Assembly: GCA_009668205.1 (NCBI GenBank)
Contig: WJYM01000013.1
Location: 28,469-52,468 of the forward strand
Source: Enterobacteriaceae bacterium RIT691
GTDB taxonomy: Bacteria; Pseudomonadota; Gammaproteobacteria; Enterobacterales; Enterobacteriaceae
Reading direction: 5' to 3'
DNA: 24,000 nucleotides
Part shown: piece after piece, positions 10,553 to 18,610 of the stretch
Layout: each line of letters begins with the position of its first letter
Numbering within the stretch: position 1 is the first letter of the stretch
Position numbers and translations under genes: made by a program
The notes under the pieces: generated by a model
Databases searched by the model: none
Told to the model about the DNA's origin: nothing
What the model saw: the letters and a program-made list of their open reading frames with translations, nothing else

Positions 10553-11386
10553 GTGAACAGAAAATCATCAACACAGGATGAAAATGTGAGTGAACTCACT
10601 GGAATGCGCCAGGTCAGCCTTTGGCATCGCCAGGATTTACAGCACGATCGGCAGGATTACCTGGCTGAGGAAGTCCCCGTGGCGCTGGTGTACAACGGCA
10701 TTTCCCATGTGGTGATGATGGCGACGCCTAAAGATCTCGACCTCTTTGCCGTTGGATTTTCCTTATCCGAAGGGATTATCGACAGCCGAACGGAAATCTA
10801 CGGTATGGACGTCGTGCAGGTGTGTAACGGGCTGGAAGTGCGAATAGAGCTTTCCAGCCGTCGCTTCATGGCGCTGAAGGCGCGACGCCGGGCGCTGGCC
10901 GGGCGCACCGGCTGCGGTGTCTGCGGGGTGGAACAGCTCAACGACGTTGGCCGCCCGGTCACGCCGCTGCCTTTCTCCCAGACCTTCAGTCTGAAATACC
11001 TCGATCTTGCGCTGGAACACCTGAATGACGTTCAGCCGGTGGGCCGCATGACGGGCTGCACTCACGCCGCTGCGTGGGTGATGCCGGACGGTAAGCTGGC
11101 AGGTGGGCTTGAAGACGTTGGCCGCCACGTGGCGCTCGATAAGCTGCTGGGCAAACGTGCGGTTGAAAACGTGTGGCATCAGGGCGCGGTGCTGGTGTCC
11201 AGCCGTGCCAGTTATGAAATGGTGCAGAAAGCCGCGATGTGTGGTGTCGAAATCATGTTTGCTGTCTCTGCCGCCACGACGCTCGCTGTGGAAGTGGCTG
11301 AGCGCTGTAACCTGACGCTGGTGGGATTCTGCAAGCCGGGCAGGGCCACGATTTACACCCATCCGCAGCGTTTATTGGGTGCCTGA
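10553..11386 (+). CDS. fdhD: Formate dehydrogenase sulfurtransferase / maturation protein FdhD
   Basis: The 277-aa protein is collinear with E. coli FdhD (..[19 protein letters not shown].., ..GRTGCGVCG.., ..[17 protein letters not shown]). It has a GTG start with a weak SD and is divergent from fdoG. Confidence 0.9.
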   Translation: MNRKSSTQDENVSELTGMRQVSLWHRQDLQHDRQDYLAEEVPVALVYNGISHVVMMATPKDLDLFAVGFSLSEGIIDSRTEIYGMDVVQVCNGLEVRIELSSRRFMALKARRRALAGRTGCGVCGVEQLNDVGRPVTPLPFSQTFSLKYLDLALEHLNDVQPVGRMTGCTHAAAWVMPDGKLAGGLEDVGRHVALDKLLGKRAVENVWHQGAVLVSSRASYEMVQKAAMCGVEIMFAVSAATTLAVEVAERCNLTLVGFCKPGRATIYTHPQRLLGA

Positions 11387-11514
11387 TTTTTAATCAAAAA
11401 AATTGAATGACGTAAGCAAAACCTTCCGCTTTTCGTTGTGCGTCACCGAGCCTATTATTTATCTCATCAAGGCACGGTGCCTTATCAAAACAACTTAATC
11501 GAAGGGTTACTATC

Positions 11515-11727
11515 ATGAAAAGCATCAAAACTTTTGTTGCAGTTATCGCTCTGGCTACTTCATTCGCTTCTTTCGCAGGTCAGACTGTGACCGCTTCCTC
11601 CACCACGATGGACGGTGCTGAAGCCAAAATTGCAGCCCAGGCTCAGGAAGCGGGTGCGTCTTCTTACAAGATTACTCAGGCTTTCACCGGTAACCGCGTT
11701 CACATGACCGCCGAACTGAATAAATAA
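11515..11727 (+). CDS. Small secreted DUF1471 (YhcN/BhsA/McbA-family) protein
   Basis: The 70-aa protein has a signal peptide MKSIKTFVAVIALATSFASFA|GQ. The mature domain (..AEAKIAAQAQEAGASSYKITQAFTGNRVHMTAELNK) fits the DUF1471 pattern. A GAAGGG SD lies upstream. Confidence 0.8.
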   Translation: MKSIKTFVAVIALATSFASFAGQTVTASSTTMDGAEAKIAAQAQEAGASSYKITQAFTGNRVHMTAELNK

Positions 11728-11738
11728 GATTACTGCCG

Positions 11739-11769
11739 CTGCCCCGGGTTGTATTTGAGCCTGGGGCAG
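11739..11769. terminator. Shared hairpin between the convergent DUF1471 gene and frvR (CTGCCCCGGG / CCTGGGGCAG, 10 bp including one G-U pair, 11-nt loop)
   Basis: The inverted repeat was read from the sequence. It lies 12 nt after the + strand stop and 3 nt after the frvR stop. The flanking T/A runs are weak. Confidence 0.45.
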
Positions 11770-11771
11770 GT

Positions 11772-13517
11772 TCATTCCCGCAGTAACGCCACGAAATCCG
11801 CCGCTCCCCGTAGTCCTGCAATTTTCCCCGGTAAGTGCTTATACAGCGTTCGTGCAAGATAGCTAAAAATCTTCAGCTCATGTCTGGCCGAGGCGCTGGC
11901 ACAGGCAATCAGAAGATGGCTGACCGGCTCATGGTTGACCGTCAGCGGATGCGAGAGCGTGACAAAAAAACCACGGAAAGAACGCTCTTTTTCACTCCAG
12001 CAGTGCGGTATCGCCAGGTGGTTGACGATCAGATTTTCGCCTTCCTGTTCGCGCTGGCAAATACGCCAGGCTTCATCCGCCGTCAGTCTTCCCTCCATGA
12101 CCAGCCGCTGGCTCACTCTGGCACAAATCTCCAGCCAGCTCTCTTTGGGGTGATTGTCATCGTGAAAGCTGCCCTCCAGCGGAAAAAAATGCGCCAGGTT
12201 CTGGCGGATAAATACCGTATCGAGAAAATCTTTGATCTGTTCAATGCCGGAAGGGGTAATGATGTTGCGAATATTCAGCACGCTACCGTGATGGTCCTCG
12301 AGAAGCAGATGGCTGTTATTGATAATGCAGACGGGCGCTATTTCCTCCAGCATCTCCTTAAGCCCGGCGAGGGTTTGGGCAATATGCACCCGGCAGTTCA
12401 GCACGTCACGCTCAATGGCGAGCTTGTTGATGGTGGCAATGGCCTGCTGCTCCGCCAGGAGGATCACCGGCTGCCGATCCGTCTGGTGCCGCTCCAGTGC
12501 ACAGGCAAAGTAGAGACCTATCAGGTCGCTGTCTGAGATAACAATCCCCAGCTGCGCGCGCAGTAAAGCAATAAAACGGATGCTCATATCGAACGCCACA
12601 GGCCAGGCGGCTTTCAGGTTGTTCATGCTGCCCTGGCGGCTCTCAGCCACCCACACCGGTGACGCCGCGCACCGGGTCACATGTCCGGTTAAATCTTCCA
12701 GCAGTTGGGCATCCAGGATACCGCCAGGGTGCGCTGACAAGGTTTCGCTGAGCAACTGCTGAATCAAGGTCTGATTAATGCGCGTGGCCTGAGCCTGCAG
12801 CTCATCGAGCAGCGAAATCAGCATACTTAGCGCTTTTTCGCTGAAGTAAAAACCGGCCGCTTCAATACGCTGCGCAATGTCATGCTCTTCTGTTGTGCGT
12901 AAGCCACCGCGCAGCAAATTCCGCATTGCCCAGACGGCGAGGATCACGCTGACAATATAGTCACGATGAATAGTGGGCCACGCCTGTAGAGAGGCGATGG
13001 ACGCGGTGATCCGCTCGAAGGCGGAATAGTTAAAGCCAGTGAGCGGGGAGATGAAAGGGTCTTTTTTTAGCAGATTGGCAAGGATCAGGATTTGCCGCTG
13101 TTCGGGCTCATCAATGAAATACCCCACGCCGGGGCGGCCGGAGACAGTAAACACTTTTTCATAGCGTTGGCGAAGTTTAACCAGCTTATCCGCAATCATC
13201 GTCTCCGGAAGGTTCAGCGTGTCGGCCAACTGGAGACGGGTGGTAAAACCGTTGAGCAGGAGCAGCGCCAGCAGCTGGTCGTCGTTATCATGGCGCTGTA
13301 AAAACTGGAAATAATGCTTTCTGTCGAGGATTTCCAGCTGTACACCCGCGCTTCCCTGATTAATGACCCGAGCCCGACCGCTGAGCGTGAAATTCAGGTA
13401 ATCAATATCTCGTGAGATGGTCCGCCCAGAAACGCCAGCCTGCTGCGCCAGCTCCGCAAGCGTGCAGGGCTGGTGTTCCAGTTTTTCCAGAAGGGCGAGC
13501 TGGCGGTCGTTGAGCAT
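11772..13517 (-). CDS. frvR: Putative frv operon transcriptional regulator (HTH plus PTS-regulatory-like domains)
   Basis: The protein is 581 aa from the ATG at 13517 (MLNDRQLALLEKLE..), which has AGGTGA 7 nt upstream. Its length and its position downstream of frvX match E. coli FrvR. The track start at 13559 would overlap frvX by 35 nt. Confidence 0.85.
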   Translation of the reverse strand: MLNDRQLALLEKLEHQPCTLAELAQQAGVSGRTISRDIDYLNFTLSGRARVINQGSAGVQLEILDRKHYFQFLQRHDNDDQLLALLLLNGFTTRLQLADTLNLPETMIADKLVKLRQRYEKVFTVSGRPGVGYFIDEPEQRQILILANLLKKDPFISPLTGFNYSAFERITASIASLQAWPTIHRDYIVSVILAVWAMRNLLRGGLRTTEEHDIAQRIEAAGFYFSEKALSMLISLLDELQAQATRINQTLIQQLLSETLSAHPGGILDAQLLEDLTGHVTRCAASPVWVAESRQGSMNNLKAAWPVAFDMSIRFIALLRAQLGIVISDSDLIGLYFACALERHQTDRQPVILLAEQQAIATINKLAIERDVLNCRVHIAQTLAGLKEMLEEIAPVCIINNSHLLLEDHHGSVLNIRNIITPSGIEQIKDFLDTVFIRQNLAHFFPLEGSFHDDNHPKESWLEICARVSQRLVMEGRLTADEAWRICQREQEGENLIVNHLAIPHCWSEKERSFRGFFVTLSHPLTVNHEPVSHLLIACASASARHELKIFSYLARTLYKHLPGKIAGLRGAADFVALLRE

Positions 13518-13524
13518 CCTTAAG

Positions 13525-14586
13525 TCACCTGAAATCCCGAAGTGCCGATACCGTATCACTATTCAACTGCTGCAAAAGCCGTTGAACCATCGAAAACAGC
13601 GCGTCGTAGTCTTTTTCAGAAATCATTGAGTTATTGGCATGCAGATAGCGGGTGGGCAGACACAGCGCCAGCACCGGACGGCCTCCCCCCATGACGTTAT
13701 AGCGACCGCCGTCCGTGGCCCCGGTTTTCATGATGCAGAACTGCAGCGGATTCTCGGTTTGCGCGGCGCAGGTTTTCAGCAATGCCGTCAGTTTTTGATT
13801 CGGGAAATAGCGTTTATCGAACAGCATCGCGGCAGGACCGCTGCCGAGCTTGAGCGGAAATTTCACCTTATCAATGCCAGGCACATCACCCGCCACGGCG
13901 GTATCCAACACGATCACCAGGTCGGGCTTGATGGATTCGGCCGACGTTTGTGCGCCGCGTAGCCCCACTTCTTCTTCCACGCTTGCGACGCCGTAAAGAG
14001 TTATCTCCGGATTGTTGACGGACTGAAACAGTTCGGCCATCAGGGCGCAGCCCACACGGTTATCGAGCGCTTTGGCGACTATTTTGTCCGTTCCCCAATG
14101 CGCATAGTTGCCTTCCGGGCTAATGAAGTCACCGATGCAGATACCCATGTTTTCCACATCTTCCCGACAGTTCGCGCCAATATCGATAAACATGTCGTCA
14201 ACATCGACCGGTTGCTGCTTTTGTTTATCACTCAACGCATGCGGTGCAATAGAACCGATGACGCCCGGCACATGTTTCCCGGCGCGGGTGCGCAGTGTTA
14301 CGCGGTGGTTGAGCATCGACTGGCTCCACCACCCCCCAATGGTGGCAAAGCGAAGAAAACCCTCGTCACTGATGTGGCTGACCATGAAACCCACTTCATC
14401 CATATGCCCGACGATGGCAACTTTAGGGCCATGATGCCCCTTACGAGCGATAAAACTGCCCAGACCGTCGAAGCCAATCTCATCGGCGCTGCTTTCGAGG
14501 GTGCGAATCAGTATGTCGCGAACTTCCTGTTCATCGCCGCTCACGGCGGTGGCATTGCAAAGCGTTCTAAGCAGTTCGTTGTTCAT
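13525..14586 (-). CDS. frvX: M42-family metallopeptidase / glucanase-like protein FrvX
   Basis: The 353-aa protein has an M42 signature (..VAIVGHMDEVGFMV.., ..EEEVGLRGA.., ..DTAVAGD..) and sits in the frv operon. Confidence 0.88.
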   Translation of the reverse strand: MNNELLRTLCNATAVSGDEQEVRDILIRTLESSADEIGFDGLGSFIARKGHHGPKVAIVGHMDEVGFMVSHISDEGFLRFATIGGWWSQSMLNHRVTLRTRAGKHVPGVIGSIAPHALSDKQKQQPVDVDDMFIDIGANCREDVENMGICIGDFISPEGNYAHWGTDKIVAKALDNRVGCALMAELFQSVNNPEITLYGVASVEEEVGLRGAQTSAESIKPDLVIVLDTAVAGDVPGIDKVKFPLKLGSGPAAMLFDKRYFPNQKLTALLKTCAAQTENPLQFCIMKTGATDGGRYNVMGGGRPVLALCLPTRYLHANNSMISEKDYDALFSMVQRLLQQLNSDTVSALRDFR

Positions 14587-16021
14587 GGGCGAGTTCCTGT
14601 TTCGCGGTTTTTCGCTTCAGCCAAAGGCCTTTCAGTATGATAATCAAAGAGATGTTCATGGCGAGACCGATCGCCAGCACCAGGTAGAACGAGCCCACCG
14701 GCGACATCAGGCCAATCAATGGGTCGAAAACACCCAGTCCGGGGGCCAGGCGTTTAATACCAAAGGCAATCACTAACATTCCGGTAATGCCACCGCTCAG
14801 GGTATTGGCGGTGATCATCGGCAGTGGTGCCGCCAGCGCGTACGGAATAGCCGGTTCGGTTGCCACGGTTGCGCCCACCACAATGGCGCTGCTGGCCGCA
14901 CTTTTTTCCTGCTGGGTAAATAACTTAGGGGCTATGTAAGTGGCAATGCCTGCCGCCATCGGTGGCATCAGCGCCACCACCCCGACAATCGCATACCAGT
15001 CATAAATATGTTTTTCGAGCAGTGAGAAACAGAAGAACCACGCCGTTTTGTTGATCGGGCCGCCCATGTCGAAAGCCAGCATCGCACCGACCAGGAACGC
15101 TGCGCCAAGCTTCATTGACGGTGGGATGGTATTGAGGAAATGCAGCAGACCGCTCATCAGATCGGACATAAACGGTCCGACGAGGTACCAGGTCAACACA
15201 CCGAAGACCAGCAGCGTCACGAACGGGATTAGCATGGAGCCCAGCAGCGGTTGCAGCGCTTTGCCGAGCCGTACTTTGCGGAACCACAGCACGAAATAGC
15301 CAATCGCCAGGCCTAACACCACGGCGCCAAGAAAACCGGCACCGGACTGCGTGCCGAGCAGGCCTTTATCGTTGGCCAGATAGCAGACCAAAAACGCCGG
15401 GGCGAAAGCCGGTTTATCCGCGATCGACGAGGCGATATAGGCCCCCATAATCGGGATCATGAAGGTGAAACCGAGATAGCCGATAGATTCTACAATCCAG
15501 GTAAAGGATGGCGCGCCTTTGCTCATATCGGTGTAGGGCAACCCCATTTGCACCAACATGTTGGCAATGGCGACCAGGATACCGCCGCCAATCACGAAAG
15601 GCAGCGCGGCGGAAACCCCGGCCATCAGATGACTCATGACGCTGCCCTGAGCCACATCCTGTTTACCCAGCTTCAGGTTGTTATCAGCAACAAACGTCTG
15701 CGACTGTGTCGGTAATTGCGGGAAAATCTGATCGATAATTTTCAGCGCCTGCGAAATCGGAATTTCAAACACTTTTTTACCGACGAAGCGCAGCCGGTCT
15801 TCATTGCTGACTCCGCGCCCGGTGGCGAGAATCACGTAATCTGCGGCCGCAATTTCTGCATCCGTCAGGCGGTTTTCAACGCCGCTTGAGCCCTGCGTTT
15901 CCACGCGAACGGTATGGCCCAGCGCACGGCCTTTTTGCTCCAGCGCTTCGGCCACCATATACGTGTGCGCTATCCCCGCCGGGCAGTTGGTTATGGCAAC
16001 AACGCGTAATGACGATTCCAT
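14567..16021 (-). CDS. frvB: PTS fructose-like EIIBC component
   Basis: The 484-aa protein has an N-terminal EIIB(Fru) box ..ITNCPAGIAHTYMVAEALE.. followed by a polytopic EIIC domain. It overlaps the frvX start by 20 nt. Confidence 0.9.
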   Translation of the reverse strand: MESSLRVVAITNCPAGIAHTYMVAEALEQKGRALGHTVRVETQGSSGVENRLTDAEIAAADYVILATGRGVSNEDRLRFVGKKVFEIPISQALKIIDQIFPQLPTQSQTFVADNNLKLGKQDVAQGSVMSHLMAGVSAALPFVIGGGILVAIANMLVQMGLPYTDMSKGAPSFTWIVESIGYLGFTFMIPIMGAYIASSIADKPAFAPAFLVCYLANDKGLLGTQSGAGFLGAVVLGLAIGYFVLWFRKVRLGKALQPLLGSMLIPFVTLLVFGVLTWYLVGPFMSDLMSGLLHFLNTIPPSMKLGAAFLVGAMLAFDMGGPINKTAWFFCFSLLEKHIYDWYAIVGVVALMPPMAAGIATYIAPKLFTQQEKSAASSAIVVGATVATEPAIPYALAAPLPMITANTLSGGITGMLVIAFGIKRLAPGLGVFDPLIGLMSPVGSFYLVLAIGLAMNISLIIILKGLWLKRKTAKQELAHEQRTA

Positions 16022-16033
16022 AAAAGGTTCCTT

Positions 16034-16480
16034 TTACTCGCTGAGCGTCTGATTCAGCTGGCTGAGAATGTGGTGGGTATCGCCAGTGTGCAGCTGGTGG
16101 ATAAAGTCGGCGTGGATGATTTTGCGGCACAGTGCGCCAATCATTTTCACCTGGTTCTCTTCCCCTTCCTGCGGAACGCCGATGCAAATCCAGCAGTTCA
16201 CCGGCTCGCCATCGGCGGCTTGCCAGTCAACGCCTTCAGATTTACGGGCAAACAGAACAAAGGGGTGCTTGATGCAGCTGTTTTTACCGTGCGGTACGGC
16301 GATGCCGGATCCAAAACCGGTGGAATGTAGGTTCTCGCGCTTTAGCAACGTCTGCAGAAACAGGCTCTTATCGCTGACGAATCCGCGCATAAACGCCATT
16401 TCTGCCAGCGCTTTTAAAATGGAATAGCGGGTATTACCGCTGAGATTCAGGTTAATGCAGTCGGGGGTGATGACAGACAT
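16034..16480 (-). CDS. frvA: PTS fructose-like EIIA component
   Basis: The protein is 148 aa from the internal ATG (MSVITPDCINL..), matching the length of E. coli FrvA. It has an EIIA(Fru/Mtl/Ntr) His box ..GFGSGIAVPHGK... The track's TTG start at 16567 adds 29 hydrophobic or odd codons. Confidence 0.88.
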   Translation of the reverse strand: MSVITPDCINLNLSGNTRYSILKALAEMAFMRGFVSDKSLFLQTLLKRENLHSTGFGSGIAVPHGKNSCIKHPFVLFARKSEGVDWQAADGEPVNCWICIGVPQEGEENQVKMIGALCRKIIHADFIHQLHTGDTHHILSQLNQTLSE

Positions 16481-16591
16481 GACGTTACTCCACAGAAGAA
16501 ATACCTGTTGATAGTAACGGTGAATAAAGAGAGTGCTGAGCAGCAATATGTCAGCCGGAAATGACAATATGTCCTTTAACTGAGAGGAAAT

Positions 16592-16616
16592 AGTGTGGCG
16601 TGAAACACACTTTTTT
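16592..16616. terminator. Hairpin AGTGTG-N8-CACACT followed by T6 on the + strand (A6 precedes it on the - strand), between the azlD stop and the frvA promoter region
   Basis: Read from the sequence. The geometry fits a bidirectional-type intrinsic terminator that would insulate azlCD read-through from frvA. The better U-tract is on the + strand, where no gene is annotated. Confidence 0.4.
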
Positions 16617-16661
16617 GCGGCAGTGGACCTTCATACAGTTGCTCAGGGGAAAAAGAACGGA

Positions 16662-16988
16662 TCAGGGTAGACCCGCCAGTCGCAGCAGTGCCGTAACCAC
16701 TGCCGCGGCTATGATCACCACAATCAGTGGGATCTTGCGCCAGGCAAGAAATACCGCGACGGCAACGCCGATCACTCGGGCACTGCCGGCAAAATGACTG
16801 CCTTCAAAGAACGTAGCCGCTAAGGCGACGGCGAACAGCAGGGTGGTGGCGGCATCATTGAGCATGGCCTGCGAACGTTCAGACAGGGCAAGCTTATTGC
16901 CGAGTTTTGCCCCGCCGAAGCGCATCAGGTAGGTGCCAGCGGATAACACGGCGATGCCAGCAATAATCCATAATGTTTCGCCCATCAT
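16662..16988 (-). CDS. azlD: AzlD-family branched-chain amino acid exporter small subunit
   Basis: The 108-aa, very hydrophobic protein (..LSAGTYLMRFGG..) has a 4-nt overlap with the upstream AzlC-like gene. Confidence 0.8.
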   Translation of the reverse strand: MMGETLWIIAGIAVLSAGTYLMRFGGAKLGNKLALSERSQAMLNDAATTLLFAVALAATFFEGSHFAGSARVIGVAVAVFLAWRKIPLIVVIIAAAVVTALLRLAGLP

Positions 16989-17647
16989 TTCTTCCTCGCA
17001 AAAAGACCTAACAGCGACAGCAGAACCGGTACGCCCGCGGGCGTAAAGGGAACAGAAGCCAGAGAGATAACGGCACCGGTCATGGCGCGAATCAGCGTGG
17101 TGCGCTTTTTAAAGGCCGGGATCACCAGCGCCAGCAAAATCGCCGGAAACACGGCATCCAGGCCGATGGTCTCTGGTGAAGGCAAAAGTTTGCCCACGCC
17201 GCTCCCCAGTAACACGCCAAGGGGCCAGAGAATGGCCACGCCGCTCCCGCAGAGCCAGTAGGCGGCTTTGCGCTGTTCCGGCGTCGGTTGCGACATCCCA
17301 AATACCACGCTTTCATCATTCATGATGTGGCAACCAATCAGGCTGGCGGCGCGTTTGCCGACCAGTTCACGGACCGCGACGCCAAAGGGAATATGACGCG
17401 CGTTGACCAGCAGGCCGGCTGCGGCTGCGGCTAAAGGATTACCGCCGCTGGCAATGATGCCGATAAACATAAACTCGGATGCACCGGCCAAAACCAGCGT
17501 GGACAACGCCAGGGGAACCCACAGTGGAAAACCCCACGACATCGCCAGAGAGCCGTAGGACACGCCAACGACGCCGACCGCGACGCAGACCAGGAAGATT
17601 GCTTTGATGGTGTCGCCTTTCAGGCAGGCGAAATGGTGTCTGAACAT
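16985..17647 (-). CDS. azlC: AzlC-family branched-chain amino acid exporter large subunit
   Basis: The 220-aa polytopic protein has AzlC-like motifs (..GASEFMFIG.., ..LLVNARHIPFG..) and is paired with azlD. Confidence 0.8.
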   Translation of the reverse strand: MFRHHFACLKGDTIKAIFLVCVAVGVVGVSYGSLAMSWGFPLWVPLALSTLVLAGASEFMFIGIIASGGNPLAAAAAGLLVNARHIPFGVAVRELVGKRAASLIGCHIMNDESVVFGMSQPTPEQRKAAYWLCGSGVAILWPLGVLLGSGVGKLLPSPETIGLDAVFPAILLALVIPAFKKRTTLIRAMTGAVISLASVPFTPAGVPVLLSLLGLFARKK

Positions 17648-17709
17648 ACAATTTTAGCCATAACGAACGATTATCCATTATAATGAACACTGTTGAATCG
17701 TTTTTCAAG

Positions 17710-17726
17710 TCGAACGATTCGTTCGA
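17710..17726. promoter_or_regulatory. Perfect palindrome TCGAACG-ATT-CGTTCGA in the azlC / XRE-regulator divergent promoter region (candidate operator)
   Basis: Read directly from the sequence, 35-50 nt upstream of the regulator ATG. Related half-sites lie nearby (see findings). Confidence 0.5.
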
Positions 17727-17760
17727 TTTATAAGTTGTTTGAAAAATTACGGAGCCGTGT

Positions 17761-18309
17761 ATGACACAGCCAATCAGCGTGATCGCCAAAAGTCTTGTGC
17801 GCGAACGCCAGCGAACCGGGCTTTCACTGGCGGAAATTGCCCGCCGTGCCGGGATCGCCAAATCGACACTGTCGCAGCTTGAAGCAGGCAACGGTAATCC
17901 TAGCCTGGAAACGCTGTGGTCGCTGTGCGTGGCGCTCGATATCCCTTTTGCTCGTCTGCTGGAACCGCAGACCGCGACCACTCAGGTGATTCGCCGCGGT
18001 GAAGGGACGAAAGTGGTCGCTGAGCAGGCCAACTACCAGGCGACGTTACTCGCCACCTGTCCGCCTGGCGCGCGACGTGATATCTATCTGTTGATGACTC
18101 AGCCTGGCGCTGACCGTATTTCTCAACCGCATCCGCCAGGTTCTGTGGAACATATTATTGTGACGCAGGGGCGCGCGTTGGTCGGGCTGACGGAAGCACC
18201 AGAAGAACTTAACGAAGGGGATTACATTTGTTATCCCGCCGACAGGGAACACGTTTTCAAAGCGCTGGAAGCGGATACCCAGGCCATTTTGGTGGCTGAG
18301 CAAAATTAA
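17761..18309 (+). CDS. XRE-family HTH transcriptional regulator with C-terminal cupin domain
   Basis: The 182-aa protein has an N-terminal HTH_3 pattern (..RERQRTGLSLAEIARRAGIAKSTLSQLEAGNGNPSLETLWSLCVALDIP..) and a C-terminal cupin-like region (..HPPGSVEHIIVTQGRALVG...GDYICYPADREHVF..). A GGAG SD lies upstream. Confidence 0.85.
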   Translation: MTQPISVIAKSLVRERQRTGLSLAEIARRAGIAKSTLSQLEAGNGNPSLETLWSLCVALDIPFARLLEPQTATTQVIRRGEGTKVVAEQANYQATLLATCPPGARRDIYLLMTQPGADRISQPHPPGSVEHIIVTQGRALVGLTEAPEELNEGDYICYPADREHVFKALEADTQAILVAEQN

Positions 18310-18313
18310 TAAT

Positions 18314-18344
18314 AACCGCCCTCAATAATAAGGGCGGTTTTTTC
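18314..18344 (+). terminator. Rho-independent terminator of the XRE-cupin gene (AACCGCCCT-N8-AGGGCGGTT followed by a T run)
   Basis: A 9-bp GC-rich stem is followed by TTTTT, 5 nt after the stop codon. Confidence 0.85.
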
Positions 18345-18610
18345 AATGAACGATTGGTTTATTATATAGTTAAAATCAACGGGTGTTATCTCGCTCACGC
18401 TGTTGTTTATTTCTTATTCCACTCCCCGGCAGTTAATCATAATATCTTCAGGCTTTATTCTTTCGCTGCCTGACGGCTGAGCACTACGCCATTTTTCCGG
18501 TGCTCATACGCTGTCTTGCTAATAATTATTATAAATAGCATTCATCGCAAATATATATTCATGACGGGAATTCATTCCTGCATTTTTTATTGCCTCAAGG
18601 AAATCTGCAT

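Noticed and set aside
17439-17981. A 180-aa minus-strand ORF spanning the azlC 5' end, the divergent promoter and the regulator's 5' end
   Set aside because: It overlaps two well-supported genes and an AT-rich promoter region. Its translation is Arg/Ser-rich with no domain signature.
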